A stretch of 64,000 bases of DNA from Trueperaceae bacterium (GCA_011389865.1 JAABTL010000004.1:51854-115853); one strand, 5' to 3'. Shown: positions 1 to 9,120, counted from the first letter of the stretch. Program-made: numbers and translations. The notes: generated by a model not told the origin, from the sequence alone.

Positions 1-528
1 GTGGGCCGTCAACGAGACCTCGAAGTCCACCTCGGCGCGGTAGCTCGCGTTGCCGGCCGCGTCCTGCGACGCCGACAGCCGCGCCTCGAGGCGGTAGGGG
101 AGCGTCACCCCGTGCAGCGTGAGTTCCGCGTCGAGCGTCAGCGTGAGCGAGCCACCGGGTTCGAGCGCCGAGACCTGGGGCCCGGCCGCGGCCGCGGCCA
201 CGAGCAGCGCCTCGGGGTAGGCGTCGGTCTCGAAGACGGAGGCGCGGGCGCGGCCGTCGCGCAGGCGGTTGCCCGAGTCGAACGCGGCCGGCTGCACGCG
301 CGCCTCGAACCGCAGCGAGCTCGGGTCGCGCGGATCGAACGACAGGCGGAGCTCGCTCACGGGCGCCACGCCCGTCCAGCTCGTCAGCGCGTCGCGGGCC
401 ACGTAGCGAACCTCGCCGCTCGCGCGCCAGGCGTCTCCGGTCAGCGTGCCGGTGGCGCCCGCGCCCATGAACGTGAGGGCGGCGAGGGCAGCGAGCGCGA
501 CGGTGGCGGGGCGCGACCAGGGCCTCAT
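1..528 (-). CDS. YceI-like domain protein (secreted), C-terminus cut by window edge
   Basis: Own minus-strand translation from ATG (cat at 526-528): MRPWSRPATVALAALAALTFMGAGA (signal peptide) ...AAFDSGNRLRDGRARASVFETDAYPEALL..., which is YceI-like. Absent from the ORF track because there is no stop inside the window. Confidence 0.6.
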   Translation of the reverse strand, partial: MRPWSRPATVALAALAALTFMGAGATGTLTGDAWRASGEVRYVARDALTSWTGVAPVSELRLSFDPRDPSSLRFEARVQPAAFDSGNRLRDGRARASVFETDAYPEALLVAAAAAGPQVSALEPGGSLTLTLDAELTLHGVTLPYRLEARLSASQDAAGNASYRAEVDFEVSLTAH

Positions 529-638
529 GCGCCCAGGCTGCGCCCGAGACGGGCCACGCGCCGTAGCCCAGGACGCACACCGGCCCTTCATGGGCGTCGG
601 CCTACACTGGGGACGGCCCCAGGGCCGGGACCAGGACC

Positions 639-1700
639 ATGACCCGAGTCGATCTCACCCTCCCCCTCGTCGTCGCGCTGCTGCTGGCAGCGGGCCTGAT
701 CACGCTGTCGAGCGCTGCGCCGGGTGACGAGTTCCTGCGCCAGCTGGCGTTCCTCGGCGTCGCGGCCGTCGGGGTGGGCGCGGTCGTTTGGCTCGGCCGC
801 GAGCGGCTGATGCGGCTGGCCCCGTATGCCTACCTGGCGGCGCTAGGGCTCCTCCTGGCGGTGCAGGCCTTCGGGACCGAGGTCAACGGCGCCAGGTCGT
901 GGCTCTACGTCGGTCCGCTCCCCGGTTTCCAGCCGTCGGAGATGATGAAGCTCGCGATGATCCTGGTGCTGGCCCAGGTGATGCACGATCGCCCTATCCG
1001 GCGGCCGTTCGACTACCTGCGGCCCCTGGGCCTGATCGCCGTCCCCACCGCGCTGGTGCTCGTCGAGCCCGACCTCGGTGGGGCGCTGGTGTTGGCGGCG
1101 ATCGGCGCCGGCATGGTGCTGGTGCGCGGCGTCCCCTGGCGCCACCTGGCGGCGGTCGCGGTGGTGCTGGCCGTCGCCGTGCCCACCCTGGTCGTCCCGA
1201 ACCTGCGGCCGCACCAGACGGCCAGGATCGCCACCTTCCTCAACCCGGGCGCCGACCCGCAGGGGGCCGGCTACCAGGTGATCCAGTCGACGATCGCGGT
1301 GGGCTCGGGTGGCCTCCTCGGCAAGGGCTACGGCCAGGGGACGCAGTCGCAGCTCGGCTTCATCCCGTTCCGCCAGACGGACTTCATCTTCCCGGTGCTG
1401 GCGGAGGAGGGCGGGTTCCTCGCCGCCGTGCTGCTCCTGGGCCTGTACGCGCTGCTGTTCTGGCGTCTGGTGGCGATGGCGTCGGAGTGCCCCGCCGAGC
1501 GCGACCAACTGATCGTCGCCGGGGTGCTGGTGTTCATCGGCTTCCAGGTGCTGCTCAACGTCGGCGTCACGCTGGGCCTGGCGCCCGTCACCGGCATCAC
1601 GCTGCCGCTGGTGAGCTACGGCGGCACCTCGCTGCTGTCGACGCTGCTGGGGCTCGCCGTGGTCTTCGTGGTGCACAGGGATCGCTACGCCGGCTGGTAG
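639..1700 (+). CDS. FtsW/RodA/SpoVE (SEDS) family peptidoglycan polymerase, probably RodA
   Basis: 353 aa, polytopic. SEDS motifs: GFQPSEMMKLAMILVLA, QTDFIFPVLAEEGG, TLPLVSYGGTSLL. The short length favours RodA over FtsW, but sequence alone cannot decide. Confidence 0.9.
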   Translation: MTRVDLTLPLVVALLLAAGLITLSSAAPGDEFLRQLAFLGVAAVGVGAVVWLGRERLMRLAPYAYLAALGLLLAVQAFGTEVNGARSWLYVGPLPGFQPSEMMKLAMILVLAQVMHDRPIRRPFDYLRPLGLIAVPTALVLVEPDLGGALVLAAIGAGMVLVRGVPWRHLAAVAVVLAVAVPTLVVPNLRPHQTARIATFLNPGADPQGAGYQVIQSTIAVGSGGLLGKGYGQGTQSQLGFIPFRQTDFIFPVLAEEGGFLAAVLLLGLYALLFWRLVAMASECPAERDQLIVAGVLVFIGFQVLLNVGVTLGLAPVTGITLPLVSYGGTSLLSTLLGLAVVFVVHRDRYAGW

Positions 1701-1709
1701 GCTGGGGCC

Positions 1710-2345
1710 ATGCGCATCCGTTGGTGGGTCACCCTGGTGCTGGCGGCGCCGCTCGCGCTGCTGGCCGCGGCGAACTGGTCCGAGCTGCTGACGCCGGTCG
1801 AGATCGATGCCTTCCTGTTCTCGGTCCGCTGGCCGCTGTGGCCCTTCGTCGTCGGCATCCCGGTCCTGCTGGTGGTGCTGTACCTCGGGGCGGCGCTGCT
1901 CGACCGCGCCCGCCAGCTGCGCCAGGTCGCGGCGCTCGAACGCCAACTCGAGGAGGCGCGGCGCGACCTCGACCGGGGCCGCGAGGCGGCCATCGATGCC
2001 CTCGGGGACCGCCTGCAGGGGCACATCGCGACCCTCGAGTCGGCGGTCGAGGGGGCGGTGAGCGGCCTCGAACAGCGGTTGGTCGAGCGGGTGGAGGCCG
2101 TCGACGAGCACGTGGGCCGCGTCGAGGAGGAGCAGCGCACCCGGGTGGAGGCGCTGGCGGCGCGCGTGGCCGCCGTCCGCGACGAGATCGCCGCCGACGT
2201 CGGCGAGGCGGAGGACGCCGTCCTGCGCGTCCTGCGCGGGCACGACGGGGCCGACCGCGCGGCGGGCGAGCCGGCCACGGCGGAGGTCGAGCGGGTCCAT
2301 GGCGACGACGTTCGCCCGGCGCTGCCCGGCACGCACCGCCCCTGA
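1710..2345 (+). CDS. membrane-anchored coiled-coil protein (LapA/DUF1049-like N-terminus)
   Basis: 211 aa with two N-terminal TM helices followed by an Ala/Glu/Arg-rich coiled coil. G/C-rich third codon positions. TAGGCT -10 lies 6 nt upstream of the ATG. Confidence 0.6.
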   Translation: MRIRWWVTLVLAAPLALLAAANWSELLTPVEIDAFLFSVRWPLWPFVVGIPVLLVVLYLGAALLDRARQLRQVAALERQLEEARRDLDRGREAAIDALGDRLQGHIATLESAVEGAVSGLEQRLVERVEAVDEHVGRVEEEQRTRVEALAARVAAVRDEIAADVGEAEDAVLRVLRGHDGADRAAGEPATAEVERVHGDDVRPALPGTHRP

Positions 2346-2358
2346 TATCGTCACCCGC

Positions 2359-2697
2359 ATGAGCGAACCACATCCCGACGCCGAGAGCGTCCGCAGCGCG
2401 TGCATCGAAGCACTCAAGGTCGTCCGCGACCCCGAGATTCCGGTCAACATCGTCGACCTGGGCCTGGTCTACCGGCTCGACGTCGACGACGATGGTGCCG
2501 TGGAGGTCGACATGACCCTCACCAGCATGGGTTGCCCGGTGCAGGACATGATCCAGGCCGACGTGGAGCTCGCCTGCATGAAGGTCGACGGCGTCACGAA
2601 GGTGGCCGTCGAGTTCGTGTGGTCGCCCCCGTGGTCGACGGACAAGATGACGGACGACGGCAAGAAGCAGATGCGCATGTTCGGCTTCCACGTCTGA
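2359..2697 (+). CDS. DUF59/MIP18-family Fe-S assembly protein (SufT/PaaD-like)
   Basis: ORF track gives 2299..2697. I moved the start to ATG 2359 (MSEPHPDAES) because an extended -10 (TGaTATCGT, 2343-2351) ends 7 nt upstream. Motifs: VRDPEIPVNIVDLGLVY, MTLTSMGCP. Confidence 0.85.
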   Translation: MSEPHPDAESVRSACIEALKVVRDPEIPVNIVDLGLVYRLDVDDDGAVEVDMTLTSMGCPVQDMIQADVELACMKVDGVTKVAVEFVWSPPWSTDKMTDDGKKQMRMFGFHV

Positions 2698-2809
2698 GGA
2701 GCCGGCTCGGCGGCCGGGTGGCGGTCGGCCACGCGGTCCGGGTGGGCCCACGCGTTCCACCTGGGGCCCTCGCGCGCCAGCCGTTCGCCGTGGTACCCAT
2801 GGCCGCAGC

Positions 2810-3466
2810 GTGTGGTTCCGCAAGCCCCCCAGCCCCCCGTTGCGCGCGGACCGTTGGCGCGCGTTCGCGGCCACGCTCGAGGCGCTGCCCGCCGAGGGCG
2901 CGGCCGAGCGGCTCCGCAGCTTCCTCGACCTGGGTGACGCCGAGGTGCGCTACGCGCACGTCCTGCGGCGCAGCGGCCAGCCGTCGCTCTACGTCTTCGA
3001 CGTCGTCCGCCGGCGCGCGGGCCCGGCGGGCGAGGTGGTGCGCTGGTCGAGTTGGGTGCTCGTTCGCAGCGACCGGCCGATCTCGCCCGTCTCGTTCCGG
3101 GTGGCGCCGCGACGCGACGCGATCCTCGAATCGCTGGAGGCGAGCCGCATCGGCGCGACGCGCGTCGACCTGTCCTCGCGGCCCGAGCTCGACGCGCTGC
3201 TGGCGGTGCTGGCGCGCGACCCGGCGGCGGTCCGGGCCCTGCTCACGCCCGCGGTGACCGAGGTGCTGCAGCGGATGGTGGCCGCGGGCCCCGGCGCCGC
3301 GGTGGTCGCCGGCGAACGCCACGTGCTGGCGCACGTCGACGTCGTCGAGGACGACGATCCGGCGGCGTTGCTGGGGCTGGTCAGCGACCTGCTGTTCCTC
3401 TGCACGCTGCTGCCGATCGCGGGCCCCGCGGCCATCGAACCGGGCGACTTCCTCGACCTCGGCTGA
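2810..3466 (+). CDS. hypothetical protein
   Basis: 218-aa ORF (GTG start) with strong G/C third-position bias. I recognise no family. Confidence 0.55.
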   Translation: MWFRKPPSPPLRADRWRAFAATLEALPAEGAAERLRSFLDLGDAEVRYAHVLRRSGQPSLYVFDVVRRRAGPAGEVVRWSSWVLVRSDRPISPVSFRVAPRRDAILESLEASRIGATRVDLSSRPELDALLAVLARDPAAVRALLTPAVTEVLQRMVAAGPGAAVVAGERHVLAHVDVVEDDDPAALLGLVSDLLFLCTLLPIAGPAAIEPGDFLDLG

Positions 3467-3529
3467 GCCGCCCGCACGCCGTCGGGGTCGCATCGGCCCC
3501 TCGCCGCGGCGCGCCCGGTACGATGCGCC

Positions 3530-4396
3530 ATGGCCCGAACCACCGTGCCCGCCGCCGATGCCCTGCTCGACGAGCGATTCGACGTCCTCGACCACGGCTT
3601 CGTGCGCCTGGTCGACTACCTGGGCGGCGACGCCCGCATCGTGCAGGCGGCCCGTGTCTCCTACGGGGAGGGCACCAAGAGCCTGCGCGAGGACCGCGCG
3701 CTCATCGACTACCTCCTGCGCCACGCCCACACCAGCCCGTTCGAGCAGGTGGTCCTGACCTTCCACCTGAAGATGCCGATCTTCGTGGCCCGGCAGTGGT
3801 TGCGCCACCGCACCGCGCGGCTCAACGAGCTGTCGGGGCGGTACAGCGTCATGCGTGACGAGTTCTACGTCCCCGCGCCCGGCGAGGTGCGCTACCAGTC
3901 GACGGCCAACCGGCAGGGGGGCTCGGACGCGCCGGTGCCCGACGAGCTGCGCGCACGCGTCGCCGAGACCCTGGCGGAGGGGCAGCGGCGTGGCTACGCC
4001 GAGTACGAGGCGCTGCTCGCCGACGGGGTGGCGCGCGAGCTCGCCCGCGTCAACCTGCCGCTGGCGCTCTACACGGAGATGTACTGGCAGATCGACCTGC
4101 ACAACCTGTTCCACTTCCTGCGGCTGCGGATGGACTGGCACGCGCAGGCCGAGATCCGCGCGTACGGCGACGCGATCGCCCGCTGCGCGCGGGCGGTGGC
4201 GCCGCTGGCCTACGAGGCCTTCGAGGAGCACGTGCTGCACGGCCGCAGGCTGTCGGCCTCCGAGCTCGAGTTGCTGCGCGGCGCGCTCGACGAGCCGCAG
4301 CTGCGCGCCGCGCTGGCGGGCTCCGGCCTGCGGCCCACGCGCCGGCGCGAGCTCCTCGAGAAGCTGGGCCTGGCGCCCGACGAGCCCGAAGCCTAG
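3530..4396 (+). CDS. thyX: FAD-dependent thymidylate synthase ThyX
   Basis: ThyX signature RHRTARLNELSGRYS. 288 aa. TACGAT -10 lies 5 nt upstream of the ATG. Confidence 0.93.
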   Translation: MARTTVPAADALLDERFDVLDHGFVRLVDYLGGDARIVQAARVSYGEGTKSLREDRALIDYLLRHAHTSPFEQVVLTFHLKMPIFVARQWLRHRTARLNELSGRYSVMRDEFYVPAPGEVRYQSTANRQGGSDAPVPDELRARVAETLAEGQRRGYAEYEALLADGVARELARVNLPLALYTEMYWQIDLHNLFHFLRLRMDWHAQAEIRAYGDAIARCARAVAPLAYEAFEEHVLHGRRLSASELELLRGALDEPQLRAALAGSGLRPTRRRELLEKLGLAPDEPEA

Positions 4397-4398
4397 CC

Positions 4399-4857
4399 GT
4401 GCGCTATCGGGTGGCGTGCGTCGGCCGGCCCGACGGCGGGGTCTTCGGGCCGGCCGTCGCCGCCTACCTCCCACGGCTGGCCGGGGTGGCGCCGACCGAG
4501 TTGTGGCCCGTCAAGGGCGGGCGCGGTCGCGACCCGATCGCCCGGCGGCGCAGCGAGGCGGCGGCGCTGCGTGGCGTCGCCGTCGGCCGCACGGTCGCGC
4601 TGGACGAGCGCGGTGCCGCGTTCACCACCGAGGCCCTGGCGCGGCACGTCGCGGAGCTGGAGCTGAGGGGTGAAGGGCGCCTGACGCTGTGGATCGGCGG
4701 GGCGGACGGCCTCGACCCCGAGCTGGTCGGCGCCGCCGACGAGCGCTGGCGCCTGTCGGACCTGACGCTGGCGCACGAGCTGGCGCTGGCGATGCTCCTC
4801 GAGCAGCTGTACCGGGTCGAATCGTGGCGCGCGGGACATCCGTACCACCGGGTGTGA
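4399..4857 (+). CDS. rlmH: 23S rRNA (pseudouridine1915-N3)-methyltransferase RlmH
   Basis: 152 aa, SPOUT family. LTLWIGGADGL... and the C-terminal ...EQLYRVESWRAGHPYH motif are typical of RlmH. GTG start 2 nt after the thyX stop. Confidence 0.9.
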   Translation: MRYRVACVGRPDGGVFGPAVAAYLPRLAGVAPTELWPVKGGRGRDPIARRRSEAAALRGVAVGRTVALDERGAAFTTEALARHVAELELRGEGRLTLWIGGADGLDPELVGAADERWRLSDLTLAHELALAMLLEQLYRVESWRAGHPYHRV

Positions 4858-5070
4858 GGTAGGCGAGGGGGGATCTCGCGGCCTGGACGTGGCTGCTGGC
4901 CGCGCGGGGGGCCGTGGACGGGGGGCGGATGACCGCTTCATGAGAGGCTCACGCGCGTCCAGGTCGGCCCTCTCGCGAACCGTGAGATTTCTCTGAGTGG
5001 CGCGCTTCACGAACGCGCGAATGCGCGTGCTCGACAGTACTGAGGCGCTCTCATCGTCGATTCACGTCGG

Positions 5071-5100
5071 TTGACATGGGTGCACCCCGCGTGCCATCCT
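5071..5100 (+). promoter_or_regulatory. candidate slpA promoter: TTGACA-N18-(TGc)CATCCT
   Basis: Perfect -35 TTGACA at 5071-5076. TG-extended weak -10 CATCCT at 5095-5100. It would give a leader of about 190 nt before ATG 5297. Confidence 0.4.
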
Positions 5101-5296
5101 GACCGTTGGACCCGTGTGGGTCCAGGGTCGCACGTGGAAGGAGGTGCATCCCCTTGAAACGGCCCTGGAACGCAACGGAACCCGGCGACCGCACGCACGC
5201 CAACGACTTGGGACGAGGAAACACGGAAACTCCCCTGGGTCCGAGGCACCGCAAGACGGCGCCGAACGACTTCACTCAGCACGTCAAGGGGTTCAC

Positions 5297-8083
5297 ATGA
5301 AGAAGTTCCTTATCACGATCCTCGCGGCGCTCGTCGCCAGCGGCATGGTGTCTGCTCAGTCCTTCCCGGACATCCCGAGCGGTCACTGGGCCGGCGACGC
5401 CGTCGAAGAGATCGCCGACCTCGGCATCGTCATCGGCTTCCCCGATGGCACCTTCCGCGGCAACGAAGCCTTCACCCGCTACCAGTCCGCGCTCGTCATC
5501 AGCCGCCTCCTGGCCGTCATCGACGCCAACATGGAAGCGGAACTCGGTGCGCTGCGCGGCGCCATGCAGAGCATGGCCGCCGACATGGCCGCCCAGGGCG
5601 TCCGCCTCGCGGCCGCTGAGAGCGCCATCGCCGCCATCTCCGACACGCTCGACGTCCACGCCGGCCTGGTCGGCGAGAACGCCGACGGCGTGGCCGCGAA
5701 CGCCAACGGCGTCGGCGCCAACGCTGCCGGCATCGCCGCCAACGCCGCTCGCATCGATGCCCTCGAAGCCGCCCTGGCCGACATGCCGGCCGGCATCGAC
5801 GAGGCCGTCATGCGCGACCTCCAGAACCAGATCGCATCCGTCCGCGTCGCCGCCGACACCGCCCAGGCCCAGGCCGCGGCCGCCGAAGCGCGCGCCGACG
5901 GCGCCTACGACCTCGCGCTGCAGGCCCTCGCGGGCTCCGACGCGCTGGCCGCCGACGTCGCCGCGCTGAACCAGGTCGTCCAGCTGCTCTCGCAGCGCGT
6001 CGACGGCCTCTCGGCCCCGGTCGCTGCGCCGGACGCCCCCGTGGTGGACCTGTCGGGCATCGATCGCAACGCCGGCGACATCGCGAACATCCGCGACTTC
6101 GTCATCCTCCTGCGCCGTGACCAGGTCGCCCTGCGCGATCGCGTCACCGCCCTCGAGGCCTCTGGCGCCGCCACCGCCGCGTCGGTCGAGGGCCTCGAAG
6201 CCCGCGTCGCCGCGCTCGAGGCGAAGCCCTTCCTCGAGATCTCCGGCGAGATCGAACTCAACTACATGGTCGGCCGCACGATCGGCACGTACGACTTCGA
6301 CGTCGACCGCGTCTACGGCCTCAACGCCCGGCGCGACATCGGCGCGTCGTTCTTCTCGACCGGCTCCGCCGAGCTCAACGCGGACGACGACGAAGTCGAC
6401 GTCGGCGAAGTGGCGCAGGACCGCGCCGACATCACCGCCCAGAACGGCGTCGTCACCCCGTCGATCACCGTCACGGTCTCCATGGACCGCGACTTCGCCG
6501 GCACCGGCTCCCCGCGCGGCCTGAACTCGTTCTCGGCCGTCGCGACCTTCGAGGCCGTGACCTCCGGCGGCGATCCCGACGTGATCTCCTTCCAGGTCAC
6601 CGACTTCGAGACCACCTTCGAGCCCATCGGCGCCGCCCCGATCACCTTCGCCTACGGCGAAGAGGTCGAGGTCGCGTTCACGACCTACGTGTTCGTCACC
6701 CCCGGTGACGGCCTCAACGGCTACGTCGCCACCGTCTCCGCGCCCGACTTCCTGGCGTTCCTGAACCCCGGCCTCACCGCCGCGTACTTCAGCGACCAGG
6801 CCGGCGGCTACTGGCGCGGCATCCGCGGCACCATGGCCCCCTCCTTCGGCGACGCGATCACCCTCTCCGGCGGCGTGTCCTTCGCGCAGCAGGAAGACAA
6901 CGCGTCCGACAAGGACGACGTCCTCGCCGACAACGCGACGATCAGCGTCTGGGGCGTCGACGGCGAGATCGGCCTCCTCGGCCTCGTCGACGTGGCCTTC
7001 GAGTACGCCAACAACCTGGACAGCACCGACAGCGTGCTGTGGGTGACCGCCGCCGCGGGCGCCGACCTCGGCTTCCTCGACATCACGAGCCTGGGCGGCA
7101 ACTACCGCGCGCTCGACGCCGGCTTCTACGGCATCGGCGACACGGGCGACGAGCCGTTCGAGCGTGACCAGACCGGCTTCGGCGTCGAAGGCGAACTCGG
7201 CCTCTTCGGCCTCCTCGACATCGTCGCGTTCTACGACAACTACACCTCCAGCGCGCCCACGGCCGAGTCCGGCTACGGCGTCGAGGTCGACGCGAACCTG
7301 TTCGCCGGCTTCTCGCTGAACGGCTTCTTCGAGAACGCGCTGGTCGACGGCGTCGTCGCCGACGGCACCGCCAACGTGCGCGAAGTCGACGCGGGCTACG
7401 AACTGCTCGATGGCGACTACGAGACCAAGTTCGGCGTCGAGCTCGTGCACGCCGGTGACGCCGACAACGCGCTGATCAGCGGCCTGAACATCACGGCCGG
7501 CTACGAGCGCTCCTCGGCCAACTACTCCGAGCAGCTCATCTACGCCAACGCCGACTACAGCCTCACCGTCTCCATCGTGACCGTGACCCCGTACGTGGGT
7601 TACCGCATGTGGTCCGACAGCGACGCGCCGGCCGGCGACTACAGCGAACTCGTCGCGGGCACCGGCCTCAGCACGGCCGAGCTTGACATCTTCCTCAAGC
7701 CCAGCCTGATGGGTGCCGTCAACTACCGCGCGACCACCTACGCTGCCTTCACCGCCTCCGAGCTCCAGTGGAGCGTCGGCCTCAACCTCGGCGAGTTCCT
7801 GCTCCCCAACAGCGCGCTGACCGCCAAGGTCGGCCAGTGGGTCGGCACGAACACCACGACCGCCACCAACACCCTCGGTGCCGGCGACGGCGCGACCGAC
7901 ATCTCCGCCGGCCGCGACGGCGACGCCGCCAATGGCGACCAGGCCGAGTCCGTCTTCGGTTACGAAGTCGAGTGGAACTACTACGACCTGCGCTTCGCGT
8001 ACGGCGTGTACGATTCCAGCCGCGACTGGGGCACCGCCGCCTCGGCCCAGGCCTTCTCGATCGCGTACACCGTCACCTTCTGA
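5297..8083 (+). CDS. slpA: SlpA-type S-layer/outer-membrane protein (SLH domain + coiled-coil stalk + C-terminal beta-barrel)
   Basis: ORF 5114..8083; start set at MKKFLITILAALVASGMVSA (signal peptide, AAGGGG SD upstream). SLH motif: FPDIPSGHWAGDAVEEIADLGIVIGFPDGTFRG. A roughly 300-aa Ala-rich heptad region follows. The C-terminal region has alternating beta-strand patterning and ends ...FSIAYTVTF. Confidence 0.85.
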   Translation: MKKFLITILAALVASGMVSAQSFPDIPSGHWAGDAVEEIADLGIVIGFPDGTFRGNEAFTRYQSALVISRLLAVIDANMEAELGALRGAMQSMAADMAAQGVRLAAAESAIAAISDTLDVHAGLVGENADGVAANANGVGANAAGIAANAARIDALEAALADMPAGIDEAVMRDLQNQIASVRVAADTAQAQAAAAEARADGAYDLALQALAGSDALAADVAALNQVVQLLSQRVDGLSAPVAAPDAPVVDLSGIDRNAGDIANIRDFVILLRRDQVALRDRVTALEASGAATAASVEGLEARVAALEAKPFLEISGEIELNYMVGRTIGTYDFDVDRVYGLNARRDIGASFFSTGSAELNADDDEVDVGEVAQDRADITAQNGVVTPSITVTVSMDRDFAGTGSPRGLNSFSAVATFEAVTSGGDPDVISFQVTDFETTFEPIGAAPITFAYGEEVEVAFTTYVFVTPGDGLNGYVATVSAPDFLAFLNPGLTAAYFSDQAGGYWRGIRGTMAPSFGDAITLSGGVSFAQQEDNASDKDDVLADNATISVWGVDGEIGLLGLVDVAFEYANNLDSTDSVLWVTAAAGADLGFLDITSLGGNYRALDAGFYGIGDTGDEPFERDQTGFGVEGELGLFGLLDIVAFYDNYTSSAPTAESGYGVEVDANLFAGFSLNGFFENALVDGVVADGTANVREVDAGYELLDGDYETKFGVELVHAGDADNALISGLNITAGYERSSANYSEQLIYANADYSLTVSIVTVTPYVGYRMWSDSDAPAGDYSELVAGTGLSTAELDIFLKPSLMGAVNYRATTYAAFTASELQWSVGLNLGEFLLPNSALTAKVGQWVGTNTTTATNTLGAGDGATDISAGRDGDAANGDQAESVFGYEVEWNYYDLRFAYGVYDSSRDWGTAASAQAFSIAYTVTF
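5675..5758 (+). repeat. in-frame 4 x 21-bp tandem repeat inside slpA (heptads ENADGVA ANANGVG ANAAGIA ANAARID)
   Basis: Read directly from the sequence. Asn recurs at the same heptad position in four consecutive heptads. Confidence 0.8.
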
Positions 8084-8107
8084 GCTAGCTCAGAGACCCG
8101 CAAGGTT

Positions 8108-8137
8108 CGCGCGCCCCGTCTTCGGACGGGGCGCGCG
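8108..8137. terminator. bidirectional intrinsic terminator between slpA and the convergent lipid kinase gene
   Basis: Perfect 13-bp GC stem cgcgcgccccgtc / gacggggcgcgcg with a TTCG tetraloop, followed by CTT. Confidence 0.75.
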
Positions 8138-8189
8138 CTTGCATGGGGCGCTGGTCTGCGCCGGCGCCCGTCCCGCGGCGAGACGCTCC

Positions 8190-9077
8190 TCAGGCCGCCG
8201 GCGCCAGCAGCCTCAGCGCACGCGGGCGCAGCACCACCTCGAAGCGCTCGCGGGCCGGCTGGATCTCGCCCTCCATCTGCACGGGCATCGGCCGCGACCA
8301 CGTCAGGGTCAGCGAGCGCGCGGCGAAGCGGCGGACCTTCGGGTGCCCCAGGTGCGCCCCGCGCATGAGCTTCGGCAAGATGCCGAGCGTGCCGAGGCGT
8401 CCGAACGCGCCCGCGACCACGACGTCGAGGTCGCCGTCGTCGGGTGACGCACCCGGTGCGAGCAGGAAACTGCCGCCGGCCCGCGGCCCGTTCTGCACAC
8501 TGACCATCAGCGCCGGCCCCTCGAACGCGGTGCGGCGGCCGGCGGCGTCGTCGATCTCGACGCGGACCTCGGCGAGCGAGAAGCCGCGCATCGCGCTCAC
8601 GATGCCGTAGAGGTAACGCCCCAGGCCCCGGACGTAGAGCGGCGCGGCGATCACCCGGCTGGCGACGTCCGCGTCGAAGCCCGAGCCGAAGGTGTTGACG
8701 TACGGGTGGCCGTCGACCAGGCCGACGTCGACGCGCCGCTCGCGGCCGGCGAGGACCGTCGCGACCGCTGCGAGCGGGTCGTGGCGGGGGATGCCGACGG
8801 CGAAGGCGAAGTCGTCGCCCGAGCCACAGGGCACCACCCCCAGCCTGAGGTCGCGCGCCAGGCACGCCGGCAGGAGCTCGTGCACGGTGCCGTCACCGCC
8901 CATCGCGATCACCGTGCCGCCGTCCGGCACCGCGTCGACCAGCGTGCGTGCGTGGCCCGCCGACTCGCTGCGCAGGACCGTCAGCTCGCGCCCGTCGGCT
9001 CGCAGGGCCGCGATGACCGCGTCGAGGTGCACGAGGCCGCGCCCGCGGCCCGCCAAAGGGTTGACGACGAGGTGCAT
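8190..9077 (-). CDS. diacylglycerol kinase-family lipid kinase (YegS/BmrU-like)
   Basis: ORF 8190..9317; start trimmed to MHLVVNPLAGRGRG (ATG 9077, or the adjacent in-frame GTG 9080). DAGK catalytic motifs: VIAMGGDGTVHE, GVVPCGSGDDFA. Confidence 0.85.
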   Translation of the reverse strand: MHLVVNPLAGRGRGLVHLDAVIAALRADGRELTVLRSESAGHARTLVDAVPDGGTVIAMGGDGTVHELLPACLARDLRLGVVPCGSGDDFAFAVGIPRHDPLAAVATVLAGRERRVDVGLVDGHPYVNTFGSGFDADVASRVIAAPLYVRGLGRYLYGIVSAMRGFSLAEVRVEIDDAAGRRTAFEGPALMVSVQNGPRAGGSFLLAPGASPDDGDLDVVVAGAFGRLGTLGILPKLMRGAHLGHPKVRRFAARSLTLTWSRPMPVQMEGEIQPARERFEVVLRPRALRLLAPAA

Positions 9078-9088
9078 CACGTTCGCGG

Positions 9089-9094
9089 ATGCTA
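9089..9094 (-). promoter_or_regulatory. -10 box TAGCAT for the lipid kinase gene (leaderless)
   Basis: Minus-strand TAGCAT lies 8 nt upstream of GTG 9080 (11 nt upstream of ATG 9077). Confidence 0.5.
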
Positions 9095-9107
9095 CCGCGA
9101 GCGCGGG

Positions 9108-9113
9108 TAGACT
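9108..9113 (+). promoter_or_regulatory. -10 box TAGACT for the LbH gene (leaderless)
   Basis: TAGACT, then 7 nt, then ATG 9121. It shares a 43-bp divergent intergenic region with the TAGCAT box. Confidence 0.55.
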
Positions 9114-9120
9114 GGCGAGC

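Noticed and set aside
603-608. TACACT hexamer upstream of the SEDS gene as a leaderless promoter.
   Set aside because: It lies 30 nt from ATG 639 with no start codon at the usual 5-9 nt distance. It may be an ordinary promoter with a short leader, but the evidence is too thin to list as a feature.
843-2450. 535-aa minus-strand ORF antisense to the SEDS gene. Similar long ORFs include 788..2362 +, 2594..4474 -, 5276..7450 -, 12772..16224 + (1150 aa), 15615..17306 -, 28851..31892 - (1013 aa), 34297..36810 - and 49727..52018 -.
   Set aside because: Their translations are Arg/Pro/Gly/Ala/His-rich with no family motifs. Each overlaps, in another frame or on the other strand, a gene with unmistakable family signatures. 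Long open off-frames are expected in DNA this GC-rich because stop codons are A/T-rich.
5007-5282. Small ORFs inside the slpA upstream region (5007..5282 -, 5051..5275 -, 5106..5300 +) and 4393..5010 -.
   Set aside because: They have no promoter or SD context and a poor, Arg/Pro-rich or mixed composition, and they overlap the predicted slpA promoter and leader. They are more likely non-coding.
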